NCBI GenBank assembly: GCA_045133795.1
Contig: JBGUUT010000108.1
Coordinates: forward strand, 2,499 to 66,498
Source: Spirochaetota bacterium
Lineage (GTDB): Bacteria; Spirochaetota; GWE2-31-10
Length of the DNA stretch: 64,000 bases
Direction of reading: 5' to 3'
In this document: positions 50,493 to 61,654 of the stretch, piece by piece
Layout: each line of letters begins with the position of its first letter
How positions within the stretch are numbered: the stretch's first letter is position 1
Notes under the pieces: model-generated
Databases searched by the model: none
What the model was told of the DNA's origin: nothing
The model's input: the letters and a program-made list of their open reading frames with translations, nothing else
Made by a program: the position numbers and the translations under genes

Positions 50493-52106
50493 ATGACTGA
50501 AGATGATTTAATACCGGTAGAAAGTACGGCGGCTGAAGTTGTTCCGGTTAAGGAAGAGCCTTCTGTTGCTAATACTGAGCCAGTAGTATCAGAGAGTAAT
50601 TCTAATGCAGAACAAAATAGTAGTGTTGTTGAAGTATCAGAACCACCCAAAAGAAAAACTAGAAAAGTTGTAGAGACGGTAACAAACAATAGTAAGAGAA
50701 ATAATAATAATAGTCGTTACAACGGTGTAGTACGTAAAAAAAGACAAGCACCGACTAATAAAGATTCTTATATAACGGCAGAACTTACAGAGCGTTATGA
50801 GAAGCTTTTGAATGACCCAAATGCACCTAGATTGAATATTAATGATTTAACAAATCTAAATATTCAGGAATTAAAAGAAAAAGCAGAACTTGCCGGAGTT
50901 TCAGCAGAGAATATTGCTTCAATGAAAAAGCAAGACATTATTTTCAATATTTTAAAAACACATGTAGAAAATAACGGAATTATTTTTGCATCAGGTGTAT
51001 TGGAAATATTACCGGAAGGTTATGGTTTTCTAAGAAGTGTGAATTATAATTATTTATCCGGTCCGGATGACATTTATATTTCATCGAGTCAAATTAAGCG
51101 TTTTTATTTAAAAACCGGTGATACGGTAAGCGGCCAGATTCGACCGCCTAAAGAAGGTGAAAAATATTTTGCTTTATTGCGTGTAGAATCAATTAACGGA
51201 GAAAGTCCGGAATCGACATATCACAGAATTTTATTTGATAATTTGACACCGTTACATCCGACAGAGCGTTTTAATTTATCTGGTAATCCAGAAACATGCA
51301 ATTTGACGACACGAATTATTGATTTGTTTGCACCGATAGGAAAAGGTCAAAGAGGTTTGATTATCTCCCCTCCTAAGGCTGGTAAAACAACGATATTGCA
51401 AACTATTGCTAATGCTATAGTAAGTAATCATCCGGAAGTATATTTAATTATGTTATTAATAGATGAGCGTCCGGAAGAAGTTACGGAAATGCAACGTAGC
51501 GTAAAAGGTGAAGTTGTAAGTTCGACTTTTGATGAACCGGCGACAAGACATGTTCAAGTAGCAGAAATGGTTTTGGAAAAAGCGAAACGTTTGGTTGAGA
51601 ATAAAAAAGATGTTGTAATTGTTCTTGATTCGATAACTCGTTTGGCAAGAGCTTATAACCAGGTTGTACCGACTTCAGGAAAGATTTTATCCGGTGGTGT
51701 TGATTCTAATGCATTACATAAACCTAAAAGATTTTTTGGTGCGGCAAGAAATATCGAAGAAGGCGGTAGTTTAACCATTATCGCTTCTGGTTTAATTGAT
51801 GATGGTTCAAAGATGGATGAGGTTATCTTTGAAGAGTTTAAAGGTACCGGAAACATGGAATTGTCTTTGGACAGAAAGCTGGCAGAAAAACGAGTTTTTC
51901 CGGCGTTAAACATAAAGAAATCAAGTACAAGAAAAGAAGACTTGTTGCTTTCTGAAGAAGAATTAGCAAAATTATGGATTCTGAGAAAGGCGTTGTTTGA
52001 TATGGATGACATACCTTTATTAGAGTTTTTAATTGATAAAATAAAGAAAACTAAAACCAATGAAGAGTTTCTGGCTTCAATGAATGATAATAAAGCTAGG
52101 CAATAA
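50493..52106 (+). CDS. rho: Transcription termination factor Rho with about 130-aa low-complexity N-terminal extension
   Basis: OB/CSD RNA-binding domain, Walker [20 protein letters not shown] and R loops. Extension is Asn/Ser/Lys-rich. Confidence 0.95.
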   Translation: MTEDDLIPVESTAAEVVPVKEEPSVANTEPVVSESNSNAEQNSSVVEVSEPPKRKTRKVVETVTNNSKRNNNNSRYNGVVRKKRQAPTNKDSYITAELTERYEKLLNDPNAPRLNINDLTNLNIQELKEKAELAGVSAENIASMKKQDIIFNILKTHVENNGIIFASGVLEILPEGYGFLRSVNYNYLSGPDDIYISSSQIKRFYLKTGDTVSGQIRPPKEGEKYFALLRVESINGESPESTYHRILFDNLTPLHPTERFNLSGNPETCNLTTRIIDLFAPIGKGQRGLIISPPKAGKTTILQTIANAIVSNHPEVYLIMLLIDERPEEVTEMQRSVKGEVVSSTFDEPATRHVQVAEMVLEKAKRLVENKKDVVIVLDSITRLARAYNQVVPTSGKILSGGVDSNALHKPKRFFGAARNIEEGGSLTIIASGLIDDGSKMDEVIFEEFKGTGNMELSLDRKLAEKRVFPALNIKKSSTRKEDLLLSEEELAKLWILRKALFDMDDIPLLEFLIDKIKKTKTNEEFLASMNDNKARQ

Positions 52107-52168
52107 CATTGATTTTTTTTCTATAATATATTATTAAACAAAAGGTTATTACTTAAGGAGAAAGAAAA

Positions 52169-52369
52169 ATGAGAGATGGAATTCATCCAAATTATGTAGA
52201 AGCTACAGTTATTTGTGGTTGTGGGAATACCTTCAAAACAATGTCTACTTCAAAAGAAATTAAAGTGGAAATTTGTTCAAAATGTCACCCTTTCTTTACT
52301 GGTAAGCAGAATCTTGTAGATACTGCAGGAAGAATTGAAAAATTCAAAAACAGATATAATATTAAATAA
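52169..52369 (+). CDS. rpmE: 50S ribosomal protein L31 (type A, C-x-x-C zinc form)
   Basis: [47 protein letters not shown]. Confidence 0.9.
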   Translation: MRDGIHPNYVEATVICGCGNTFKTMSTSKEIKVEICSKCHPFFTGKQNLVDTAGRIEKFKNRYNIK

Positions 52370-52434
52370 TTTATTTTGTTATGCAGTGGGATTTTATCCA
52401 ATGCGAGAGTTTCAATTCTGTTTATTTGTGAATA

Positions 52435-52472
52435 CCCTTTTAGTTTAGATAAAAAACTGAAAGGGTTTTTTC
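52435..52472 (+). terminator. Rho-independent terminator after rpmE
   Basis: cccttttagtt ... aactgaaaggg hairpin followed by T6. Confidence 0.7.
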
Positions 52473-52571
52473 ATTTACGTATGCATGCAAAAATATTTAA
52501 TTTTGTAGATTACAAAAAGCATGAATAAATGTATAAGTTAGCGACTTTTTTGGAAAACGGGAGGTGGCGTT

Positions 52572-53267
52572 ATGAATGACCAAAAACGAAAATTAAGCAA
52601 AGACGGAAGTATACATGTAACAGATGAAAAGTTTAATACAATATCTCATATGTTAGGATTAATGGTTTCACTTTTAGGAGTTGCAGTTTTAATTGTAAGT
52701 GCAGCAATACAAAAAGCACCATGGAAGATTGTCAGTTTTTCATTATATGGTTTTTCGTTACTCGGAATGTTTTTATTCAGTACATTACATCATGGAATAA
52801 ATGGAACACATAAAATAGAAGAAATATTCAGATTGTTTGATTATGCAGCAATATTTCCATTAATTGCAGGAACTTATACGCCTTTGTGTTTGGTAACAAT
52901 GCGTGGTGATGACTTTTGGAAACCTTATGCGTGGTGTATATTTGGTGTTGTTTGGTTTTTGGCAATATTAGGAATATCTTTAAAAGGTGCAATGTCTTGG
53001 TTGCCTAAGTGGGTTACAACTACTATTTATGTAGGAATGGGCTGGGTCGGCGGATTGTTATTGGTTCCTGTATATAAACTTTGTGGAATAATGGCTGTTG
53101 TGTTGATATTGTTAGGTGGTGTATTTTATACCGTAGGATCATTGATATTTTTTATGGAAAAACCTAATCCGATAGAGGGAAAGTTTGGATTTCATGAGAT
53201 ATGGCATATTTTTGTTATATTGGGAGCATTATCACATTATTTAGTAATGCTTATTTATGTTTTATAA
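52572..53267 (+). CDS. Hemolysin III / PAQR family membrane protein
   Basis: 7 TM helices. Conserved His motifs (TLHHGINGTHK; HEIWHIFVILGALSHY). Confidence 0.8.
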   Translation: MNDQKRKLSKDGSIHVTDEKFNTISHMLGLMVSLLGVAVLIVSAAIQKAPWKIVSFSLYGFSLLGMFLFSTLHHGINGTHKIEEIFRLFDYAAIFPLIAGTYTPLCLVTMRGDDFWKPYAWCIFGVVWFLAILGISLKGAMSWLPKWVTTTIYVGMGWVGGLLLVPVYKLCGIMAVVLILLGGVFYTVGSLIFFMEKPNPIEGKFGFHEIWHIFVILGALSHYLVMLIYVL

Positions 53268-53356
53268 ATAAAATAAGACATCAATTCTATAAAAGGTAGA
53301 ATTGATGTCTTTTGTTTTATGAACAAAGTAGACGTTGTATCATTTTAGAAAGAAAA

Positions 53357-54082
53357 TTATTTCTTTTTAGTTGTGTCAGCTTTTTCAGTTTCAGCAGTAT
53401 TTGCTGTTTCTTCACCATCTTCTGCAGGTTGTTCTTCAGCGGGAACCAAAAGCTCAGCTTCAGTTATTAAAGCATCGCCTTGAGATACAGAATCTGCAAG
53501 TAATGAGTTTTGAGCTGCAATTGCATCAATTTCATTCTTAATTTTTTTGATTTCAAAAGTATTTGCATTGATTTTATAAGTTGCATCAGATAGTTCGTAT
53601 CTTTTTTGCATGATAGTGTTTGTTTTTTCAGTAAGTTCTTTTTTTAAGTTTGCAGATTCAGTTGCAAGTTTATCTTTTGTTGCAGTTAATTTTTCATAAG
53701 AAGCAACGGCATTAGCTTTTGCATCTGCATCAATTGCAACTTCAGATAAATATAGAATATTTGTTGATTCTGCATTGATTTTTTCAGTCATAGCAGTAAT
53801 ACTTGCGATTTTTTTCTGAATTTCTAAAGATGCATCTTCTTCTGTTGTAATTTCAGTAGTTAATGTATCAATTTTTGTTTGTAATTCAGTGTTTGCAGTT
53901 TCCAATTCTGCAACTTTTGCATTTAATTCTTCTGTTTTGGTTTTTGGTGCTTCTGTTGTTTCTTCTACTTTTACTTCTTTTGTGTCAACAGCTTTTGGTT
54001 GAGTTTTCTTTGTTTGTGCAAAAGTAAAAGACAATTGGCATAAAAGCATTAAAACTACGAATAATTTGATTTTGTTTTTCAT
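53357..54082 (-). CDS. Secreted coiled-coil protein (Thr/Glu/Ala/Lys-rich)
   Basis: Signal peptide then heptad-like low-complexity repeats. No family recognised. Confidence 0.3.
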   Translation of the reverse strand: MKNKIKLFVVLMLLCQLSFTFAQTKKTQPKAVDTKEVKVEETTEAPKTKTEELNAKVAELETANTELQTKIDTLTTEITTEEDASLEIQKKIASITAMTEKINAESTNILYLSEVAIDADAKANAVASYEKLTATKDKLATESANLKKELTEKTNTIMQKRYELSDATYKINANTFEIKKIKNEIDAIAAQNSLLADSVSQGDALITEAELLVPAEEQPAEDGEETANTAETEKADTTKKK

Positions 54083-54180
54083 TGAAAAGCTCCTTAAAAT
54101 AAAAAAATGTAGGTAGATTATATATGTCTTTTTTTTTAAAAGGAAGCCTTTTTTGTAAAGTATTGTTTTTTTAAAAAATG

Positions 54181-54223
54181 ATAAAAAAAGTACCTAATCA
54201 AATAATATTTGAATTAGGTACTT
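54181..54223 (-). terminator. Terminator downstream of pyruvate kinase gene
   Basis: agtacctaat ... attaggtact perfect 10-bp stem, T-run on minus strand. Confidence 0.7.
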
Positions 54224-54251
54224 TTAAGAGTTTAATAAGTATAATTAAATC

Positions 54252-56024
54252 TTATTTTACTTTTCCTGAGTAAATGCTCATTTCGCATCCGCTTACGATT
54301 ACTTCTTCACCGTTTTCAAACAATGATGAAGCGTTCTTTACTCCGGAAACCATAGCTGTTAAGTTCACATTTTCTTCTTTTAATACATCGAAAGAGAACT
54401 CAGAAGAATCTTCAAGGATAATTCCTTTTACATTTTTCAATGCACCTTTGAAAGATTCATCTAATTTTGCAGTTAACAATATAGAACCTTCTGCAACTTT
54501 TTTAGCTTCTTCAGCGTTAGCAACTTTTGCGATTTTACCTGTTGCAGAACATCCGAATCCTTTATCAGCTCTGCATTGTTTTTTGCAAGCAGTGTGGATT
54601 TTCATGATGTTAGGAACACCGGCCAAGATAACTGCTTTTTCGAAATTATCTAAGTAACCTTTTTCAAGAGCCAAATCGATTGATTTATCAAATAAAGCAT
54701 CTGTATCTTCGATAACATCAACAACATCAGAGTAAACACCAGAAAGAATCATTAATTGTCTTGCAACTCTTTCAGAAGTTGTAGGAGCGAAAATGATTTG
54801 TTTAGGTCTGAACTTACTGATTTGTTTTGCTGTATTTCCACTCATTGTAGGAGCGATAATAACTTCTGCATTAAGTTCTTTAGCTGAAATGTAAGTAGCT
54901 TTAGCTGTTGCTTCTGCAATATTTTTTGCAGGGTGAAGTTCCATATATTTGTTTGTTGTAGCACGATATTCTTCAGAATCTTCGATTGTTTTTGCAATAG
55001 TAGCCATTGTAGTAACAGCTTCTAGTGGCCAATCTCCGTTAGCTGTTTCACCAGAAAGCATAACTGCATCTGTACCGTCGAAAATTGCATTAGCAACGTC
55101 ATTAGATTCAGCTCTTGTTGGGCGTGGATTGTTAATCATTGAATCCAACATCTGAGTAGCTGTAACAACAGGTTTTCCGGCAGCATTACATTTAGCAATG
55201 ATTTTTTTCTGTGCCAAAGGAATGTCTTGGATAGGAATTTGTACACCTAAGTCTCCACGAGCTACCATTATACCGTCAGATACACGGATAATGTCGTCAA
55301 TGTTAGACAAACCTTCATCATCTTCAATTTTTGAAATGATTTTTACGTCAGCTCCGCCTACTTCTGCAAGATATTTTCTCATTTCCATAACGTCAGAAGC
55401 TTTTCTGATAAAAGAAGCTGCAACAAAGTGGATTCCGTTTTTAACACCCATTTCCAAGTCAGCTCTATCTTTTTCTGCCATAGCAGGAAGACGAGTGTGA
55501 ACACCTACAACGTTTACGTTCTTTCTTGCCCCTAATTCTCCGCCGGCTTCGATAAGACATCTGATGTCATCGTTAGGCATTACTTCAAGAACTTTTAATT
55601 TGAATACACCGTCAGCGATGTAAACATAAGTTTTATCTGTAATTCCTACGTTTCTGATATCTTCAGGAAGAAGATTATAAGATAATGCAATTTTTTCAGC
55701 AGAACATTCAAAAGTTTCGTAATCTTTAACAGTTAAAAGAATTTCTTTACCTGCTTCAAGTTGGATTTTTTTACCGTCTTTAAGTACGCCACCTGTACGG
55801 ATTTCCGGACCTTTAGTGTCCAAAAGATATGCACAAGGAATACCTGATTGTTTAACTGCTTCTTTTACAACATCCATTTGGTCTTTTTTTTCTTTATGGT
55901 CACCGTGAGAAAAATTGAAACGTGCAACATTCATTCCGGCTGCTAACATTTTTTTCAATGTTTCAACGTCGTGACAGCTTGGTCCGATTGTACAAACAAT
56001 TTTTGTTCTTTTTAAATCTTTCAT
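54252..56024 (-). CDS. pyk: Pyruvate kinase with C-terminal PEP-utilising-enzyme-like domain
   Basis: KIVCTIGPS..; ..FNFSHG..; MVARGDLG signature. About 110-aa C-terminal extension as in some Firmicute/spirochete PykA. Confidence 0.9.
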   Translation of the reverse strand: MKDLKRTKIVCTIGPSCHDVETLKKMLAAGMNVARFNFSHGDHKEKKDQMDVVKEAVKQSGIPCAYLLDTKGPEIRTGGVLKDGKKIQLEAGKEILLTVKDYETFECSAEKIALSYNLLPEDIRNVGITDKTYVYIADGVFKLKVLEVMPNDDIRCLIEAGGELGARKNVNVVGVHTRLPAMAEKDRADLEMGVKNGIHFVAASFIRKASDVMEMRKYLAEVGGADVKIISKIEDDEGLSNIDDIIRVSDGIMVARGDLGVQIPIQDIPLAQKKIIAKCNAAGKPVVTATQMLDSMINNPRPTRAESNDVANAIFDGTDAVMLSGETANGDWPLEAVTTMATIAKTIEDSEEYRATTNKYMELHPAKNIAEATAKATYISAKELNAEVIIAPTMSGNTAKQISKFRPKQIIFAPTTSERVARQLMILSGVYSDVVDVIEDTDALFDKSIDLALEKGYLDNFEKAVILAGVPNIMKIHTACKKQCRADKGFGCSATGKIAKVANAEEAKKVAEGSILLTAKLDESFKGALKNVKGIILEDSSEFSFDVLKEENVNLTAMVSGVKNASSLFENGEEVIVSGCEMSIYSGKVK

Positions 56025-56164
56025 TAATACCTTCCTTGTTTTATTAAAATATTAAAAATAATTTCCTAAAATATTTGTTTTTTGGTACAAAACTTAGTAA
56101 CTTTTCGTGCTCGGAAAAGCAGGCTACTTATAACATAAAAGAAAGGACTTGGAAAGTTTTTTAA

Positions 56165-56812
56165 ATGAAATTAACGAACATAAACATGAGTAAGAAAAAA
56201 GCATTTGTTCTTTTGTTTGTAGGTATGACATTTTTTTCTGTAGCTTCTCATTTTGATAATATCCAATGGGAAAAATCACGTGTAGATAAAAATGTAACTT
56301 TGTATAGTGTCGGCGGAGACGGTTGCAATTATTATAAGACAGAAGCAATTATTGATAAATCTTATGGTTATAAAGCAGAAGATTTAATGAATATAATTTT
56401 AGATTACGAAAAATATCAACAGATTTTTGTAAAGACGACAGCTTTTTTCCCGGTAAAGGAAACCAATAAAGGAACGGTTGTTTATTGCAGAATTGATTTT
56501 TCACCGATGAAAGACAGAGATTATCATATTTTGATGACGAAAGATTGTACTTCGGATACCCAGACATTAGAATGGAAACCTTATAACGGAATGGATGTGA
56601 AAGCGGCAGAAAAGGATTGTCAACGTGTAAATCATGTTTACGGCAGATGGCAATTTAAAGATTTACCGGACGGAAATGTAAGGCTCAGTACTGAATATTA
56701 TAATAATTGGGAATATAAGAATCTTTCGATGAAAATTGTAACGCCGTTTGAAAAAGATGTGGCAGTTAATAATATGAAAGCATTTTTACGTTATGTCATG
56801 AAAAGAAAATAG
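56165..56812 (+). CDS. Secreted hypothetical protein, possibly START/SRPBCC lipid-binding fold
   Basis: Signal peptide; size and alternating beta-strand pattern. No catalytic motif. Confidence 0.3.
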   Translation: MKLTNINMSKKKAFVLLFVGMTFFSVASHFDNIQWEKSRVDKNVTLYSVGGDGCNYYKTEAIIDKSYGYKAEDLMNIILDYEKYQQIFVKTTAFFPVKETNKGTVVYCRIDFSPMKDRDYHILMTKDCTSDTQTLEWKPYNGMDVKAAEKDCQRVNHVYGRWQFKDLPDGNVRLSTEYYNNWEYKNLSMKIVTPFEKDVAVNNMKAFLRYVMKRK

Positions 56813-56821
56813 GAGAATAAA

Positions 56822-57298
56822 ATGGCAGCAAAAACCAATGCAGCGAGACTTCTTGATACATTAAAGCTTCCGTATGATTTGGTTTCCTATGAAGTGGACG
56901 AAGAGCATTTAGATGCGGTACATGTAGCAGAATCTTGCGGTCAAAATGTAGATCAAGTATTTAAAACACTTGTTGCATTAGGCGACAAGAACGGTATAAA
57001 TGTTTTTTGTATTCCGGGAGCGTATGAGTTGGATTTAAAAAAAGCCGCCGCTGCCAGCGGAAATAAGAGCGTAGAAATGGTTAAGGTAAAAGATTTATTT
57101 GCGTTAACCGGATATATTCGCGGCGGGTGCTCGCCTTTAGGAATGAAAAAGAAATATCCGGTTTTTATAGATGAAACAGCTCAACTTTATGACACGGTAT
57201 TTGTCAGCGGAGGATTACGCGGCTTACAAATAAAAATAGCACCCGACAATCTTGCGACTGCAGCAGGTGCTGTTTTTGTGGATTTGCTACATTATTAG
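56822..57298 (+). CDS. ybaK: Cys-tRNA(Pro)/Cys-tRNA(Cys) deacylase YbaK
   Basis: 158 aa. AARLLD..YE..; ..KTLV..; GGCSPLG motifs of YbaK/ProX editing domain. Confidence 0.85.
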   Translation: MAAKTNAARLLDTLKLPYDLVSYEVDEEHLDAVHVAESCGQNVDQVFKTLVALGDKNGINVFCIPGAYELDLKKAAAASGNKSVEMVKVKDLFALTGYIRGGCSPLGMKKKYPVFIDETAQLYDTVFVSGGLRGLQIKIAPDNLATAAGAVFVDLLHY

Positions 57299-57969
57299 AA
57301 CTTCAAAAGGAACTCTAATTTTTTCTTAGAATCACCTAGCATATCTTTAGATTTGAAATTGTAAGAAGCTGATTTTTTATCGGCAGAAAGAGAAATCCCT
57401 TTTGCTTCTAAGATAGGAGTTTTTGTTGTTACGTTTATGGCAAAGTTACTTTCCATGAAACTGTTATACCAATCAGGTTTATCTTCTTTAACCAATAAAA
57501 TGTAGTTTTCTAGAGTTTCTACATCGCCCATTTGCGATAAATCAAGATTTTCAGCGAAAGTATAAACGTTCTTATCTTTTGATAAACTAAATCCCTTTTC
57601 TGCAACCGGAAATTGAGTTAATAATAGTTCCAGATTTTTAAAATCAACGGAAATTGTTCCAGTATATTTATCTTTATTTTGCTGAATTACGGCACTTTTC
57701 AATTTTAAATCTTTCATGTTCATGCTGTTGAAATAAGCAGAAAACTCGTTTTGGTCGATTAAAACTGACGGGTCGAAAGGTTCTCCGTTTATTCCCGGGA
57801 TTGAAGATAAGACAAGTGATAAAATCTCAAAGTCATCATCGTTAAAAGAATAATTGATTGAAAGTGTTCCGCTTTCTTTGTTTGCATTCATTGCAATATC
57901 CATAGAAAAACATGATGTTAATGACAACAATGCAAATGAAAGTAAAATAGTTAGTAATATTTTTTTCAT
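57295..57969 (-). CDS. Hypothetical lipoprotein
   Basis: Signal peptide with lipobox-like LSLTSC. No family recognised. Confidence 0.3.
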   Translation of the reverse strand: MKKILLTILLSFALLSLTSCFSMDIAMNANKESGTLSINYSFNDDDFEILSLVLSSIPGINGEPFDPSVLIDQNEFSAYFNSMNMKDLKLKSAVIQQNKDKYTGTISVDFKNLELLLTQFPVAEKGFSLSKDKNVYTFAENLDLSQMGDVETLENYILLVKEDKPDWYNSFMESNFAINVTTKTPILEAKGISLSADKKSASYNFKSKDMLGDSKKKLEFLLKF

Positions 57970-58165
57970 TACCTACTCCTTTTTGTTCCCTATGTAGAAA
58001 AACTACTATAGATTTGTTTGAAAATAATTGTCTATCATTATGAATTATGATAGTTTAGCGTGATTTTTTTAAGAAGTCATATTCTTTGCATTTATGCAAA
58101 AAAGATGACAAAAAATTGGTTAGACATTAGCAAAATATTTTTAATATTGTCAATGAGAGGGTGTT

Positions 58166-58969
58166 TTGAAACTATCAAAATATGGGATTGTAACATTAGT
58201 TTTAAGTATGATTATTTGTTTTTTACCTACGGGATGTAAAACAATGCAGGTAAAAAATACAGAGAATATAGAAGCAAACGTTTTGTTTAAGCGTGTGATG
58301 AAGAATGCAAAGTCGTTAGAATATGTAAATATAGCGACTTCGGTAATGATTGCAGGAAATAAAATGATTCCGTCTGTTTACATAAAAATGAATGCAAATG
58401 CGAATTATTTAGAGAAAAAGACAATTTTACGCTTTTCGGTTTTATCAAAGAAATTATTTGATATTGCGATTAATTCGGAAGAAATGACATTGATAAATCA
58501 TACTGCATCGCAGTTTATAACTTTTCCGGTAGAAGAAATTAATTTGGGAAAATTGTTAGGATTAAATTTTGATCCGATTGATGTTGCATATTTTTTAACA
58601 GGGAATATTCCTTATACGGAAGAAATGCAAGTCGTTTCATTTTCCCATAATGAAAAGCAAAATGTTTTGTTAAATTTAACAAACAGTAATTCTGAGTATC
58701 AATTAGAGTTTGATAAAAACGGTCGTATGGTTCATGCATTGGCAAATAATCAATTTTTTCAACCTTTGAATATCGATACATTAACATTTTCAGATAACGA
58801 AGGAATTATAATGCCGCAAAAACTAAAGATAACATCGGATGAGTCTGCGGTATCAATGACATTTTTGGTAAAAAATGTAACTTATGAAAAAAATGATAAT
58901 TATGAAGCAGATATTCCGCAAGGATACGAACAAATATTTGACATTAATGGTATGAAAATTAACCTGTAA
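58166..58969 (+). CDS. Hypothetical lipoprotein
   Basis: Signal peptide with LPTGC lipobox. Upstream of Omp85-like gene. Confidence 0.3.
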   Translation: MKLSKYGIVTLVLSMIICFLPTGCKTMQVKNTENIEANVLFKRVMKNAKSLEYVNIATSVMIAGNKMIPSVYIKMNANANYLEKKTILRFSVLSKKLFDIAINSEEMTLINHTASQFITFPVEEINLGKLLGLNFDPIDVAYFLTGNIPYTEEMQVVSFSHNEKQNVLLNLTNSNSEYQLEFDKNGRMVHALANNQFFQPLNIDTLTFSDNEGIIMPQKLKITSDESAVSMTFLVKNVTYEKNDNYEADIPQGYEQIFDINGMKINL

Positions 58970-58987
58970 CGTAAGTAAGGGGTAATA

Positions 58988-60823
58988 ATGAAAAAAGTTT
59001 TTTCACTGTTTATTTTTTTATGTTTATCGATTGTTGCTGTTTCGGCACAAACAATCGGAGAGATTCGCTTTGAAGGTTTGAAGAGAACTAATCAGAAGTA
59101 TTTATTAAAAGTTGCCGGTATTTCTGTGGGCGGTAACTGGAATGAATCTATAAAATCGTCGGTTGTATCAAAGCTTACAGCATTAGACAAGATTATAGAA
59201 AAAGTTGAAGTTACAGAATCGGAAGGAGAAAATGATACCGTTGCCGTGACAATTGTACTTCAGGAAAAATATTCATTTTTGATAGTTCCGTTTTTTACTT
59301 ACGGGAATAAAGCCGGAATAAAACCGCGCGTTATTTTTAGAAACTATAATTTAGGCGGATACGGAAAATATTTGGGAGTAAAAGGGGCGTTTAGTTGCGA
59401 TGACTCTTTAGATTTTTCCGTAGATTATAAAGACTATCAATTTCTTAATCGTGATGATATGACTCTTTCGGTAGAAGCAGCGTTTGAGACTTCAGCTCCG
59501 AATTATGCTGTTACCGATTATGCTCCGGGTTTGGCTCCTATCGGGGCAACTTCATGGACAGAAGAACGCTGGAATGATGAAAATGTTACAGAGTTTAGTT
59601 TGTATGGATTGTATGGTTATAAATTGCCGTGGCGAAATGCTCAATTTTATGCAAATGCAAAATTTGTTTATGAGTATATTGCGGCATGGGATGACAAAAG
59701 TGATGATTATTATTATGAAGTGCCTATTCATCGAGTAATTCCGAGTACGGCTGCTTCCCTTCTTATTCCGGTTGCAGAGCATTTTGAAATTACACCATGG
59801 GTAAGTTTTGCTTATCGTTTGCAGCACAATGAAGAAAGCGGAGAATTAGTGTATAAAGATAATTCCGCACTTGATTTTGTGGGACAGTATTTAATGTATT
59901 ATTCTCCGTATTTTAATACAAAATTTTCTGTTCCTTTTAAGGAAATCGGACTTACCTACTCTATTACTCCGGCAATCAGTTTTTATATAGGAGACCATCA
60001 AGTAAAAACGTCGACTAATTTTATGGATTTCGGCTTGCGAAAGTTTTTTAACGAATGTGCATTAAACTTTTCATTAAAAAATGTAGTTTCTCGTTACGGA
60101 ACTTTGGCTAAGGGGCTTACTTATAATATTGAGTTGTCAAATACGATACATCAGCGATTTTTCCATTATAAGACTGCATATGAAAAAGGGACAAGCTGGT
60201 TTGCAGATGATAATCCATGGAAATCGGTTGAAAATACTATTCAGGTGGAAACGCATTTAACTTATAAATTGAATTATAATTTTTATAAACGTCATTTGTT
60301 TGCTATGAAATTTCGCTTGTTCTACTATTACAACGGCATGAATACAAAAGATGATTATAAACCGATTGATGAAAGTATTTATTCTCCTGTAACAAGAAGA
60401 GTTTGGGAGCAAGATGTTGACTATGAAATGTTTGAGAATGTCGGAGATTTTACCGGATATGCCGGTGGGATGTTGAACTTAGGTTATCGTTTGCCGTTGT
60501 TTACATTTAAAACACCGAACTTCCTGGGATTGACAATGAAACGAGAATTAATTTGGGATGCAGATTTGTCTTTCTTTGTGGATATGGGGCTTGCTCAAAA
60601 CTACGGTGAAATAATGAAAGATGGCGATTATAAAGACTACATTATAAACAGGAACTTGTTACATCTTTGTCCGGGATTGGGGGCCGGTATAAAATTGGAA
60701 GTCGCTCCGAGATTTATTCCGGTAAAGGCGGTTGTATCGTTGGGAGTTGATCTTTATAAAATGTTAAAAGAGAAGAATTTCAATTCTAATCTTGTATTTA
60801 CGATAGGTATTGATAATCAATAG
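58988..60823 (+). CDS. Outer-membrane protein, Omp85/BamA-like (single POTRA-like domain plus beta-barrel)
   Basis: Signal peptide. POTRA-like segment IGEIRFEGLKRTNQKYLLKVAGI..VTIVLQEK followed by about 450 aa aromatic-rich alternating sequence. Confidence 0.4.
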   Translation: MKKVFSLFIFLCLSIVAVSAQTIGEIRFEGLKRTNQKYLLKVAGISVGGNWNESIKSSVVSKLTALDKIIEKVEVTESEGENDTVAVTIVLQEKYSFLIVPFFTYGNKAGIKPRVIFRNYNLGGYGKYLGVKGAFSCDDSLDFSVDYKDYQFLNRDDMTLSVEAAFETSAPNYAVTDYAPGLAPIGATSWTEERWNDENVTEFSLYGLYGYKLPWRNAQFYANAKFVYEYIAAWDDKSDDYYYEVPIHRVIPSTAASLLIPVAEHFEITPWVSFAYRLQHNEESGELVYKDNSALDFVGQYLMYYSPYFNTKFSVPFKEIGLTYSITPAISFYIGDHQVKTSTNFMDFGLRKFFNECALNFSLKNVVSRYGTLAKGLTYNIELSNTIHQRFFHYKTAYEKGTSWFADDNPWKSVENTIQVETHLTYKLNYNFYKRHLFAMKFRLFYYYNGMNTKDDYKPIDESIYSPVTRRVWEQDVDYEMFENVGDFTGYAGGMLNLGYRLPLFTFKTPNFLGLTMKRELIWDADLSFFVDMGLAQNYGEIMKDGDYKDYIINRNLLHLCPGLGAGIKLEVAPRFIPVKAVVSLGVDLYKMLKEKNFNSNLVFTIGIDNQ

Positions 60824-60841
60824 TTTTGTGGAGGAAATAAA

Positions 60842-61480
60842 ATGAATATTGTTACGCTTTTATTTTATCCGTTGCTTTGTGTTTGTATGTTACCGACGAT
60901 TGTAGCACTTACAAATCATGAAGAACGTGTCGGATTTTTTCGTTGTTATTTCTTTACTGTATTGATTACATTTGTGTGGCTTTTTATGTTCGGACGACTT
61001 GAGACGTTTCCTTATAATCATATAGAATGGTATCAGGTTTTCTCGTATTACTTTTTATTAGATTATCAAGGTCTTTTAGGAATTGTGCTTTGTGCTGCGA
61101 TTGTGATATTGCTTAATTTGAAAGGGCAAAAAATGCCGACTTGGCTTAGAGTCATTGCAATTCTTTTTGGAGTTAATACGGTATTTTCAGTAAGTCAAAT
61201 GTTAAGAACAGAAAATCCTAATAATATTTTTGAATTGTTGACTCCGTTGGCAGCCAATATATTAATCGGGATTTTGATAATTTTAAGTGTTTCGCTTGTA
61301 AAAGAAAAAAAACACTGGTGGATTATTGGAGTTTCTGTAATTGCAGTTTGTTTTTATAACGGATTTTTTAATAGCTTGTTATTTTTCTATAAGCCTCTGC
61401 ATTGTGTGAGTATTTTTATTGCAGCAGTGATAATATTTTTAACAGCTCTTCTAAAAAAGAAGGGAATTATCAAATTATAA
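60842..61480 (+). CDS. Hypothetical polytopic membrane protein
   Basis: Six predicted TM helices. No family recognised. Confidence 0.3.
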   Translation: MNIVTLLFYPLLCVCMLPTIVALTNHEERVGFFRCYFFTVLITFVWLFMFGRLETFPYNHIEWYQVFSYYFLLDYQGLLGIVLCAAIVILLNLKGQKMPTWLRVIAILFGVNTVFSVSQMLRTENPNNIFELLTPLAANILIGILIILSVSLVKEKKHWWIIGVSVIAVCFYNGFFNSLLFFYKPLHCVSIFIAAVIIFLTALLKKKGIIKL

Positions 61481-61654
61481 AATACAGAATCGAAGAAGAA
61501 ATAAGTGAATGTTTAAAATTGTATTATTTATGACAAGCTTTCGGGTTTTATTTTGAGGAAATCCTTGCGGAGCCAGAAGAAAGAACAGAAAAGAACTTTT
61601 GAACTTATATGTAATTTCTAATCCAACAAAATAATATTTATCTGTGAATATTTA

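Noticed and set aside
56080-56100. TGGTAC-N5-TTAG upstream of the 56165 ORF as a possible sigma-54 promoter
   Set aside because: Three mismatches to the TGGCAC-N5-TTGC consensus including the critical GC of the -12 element.
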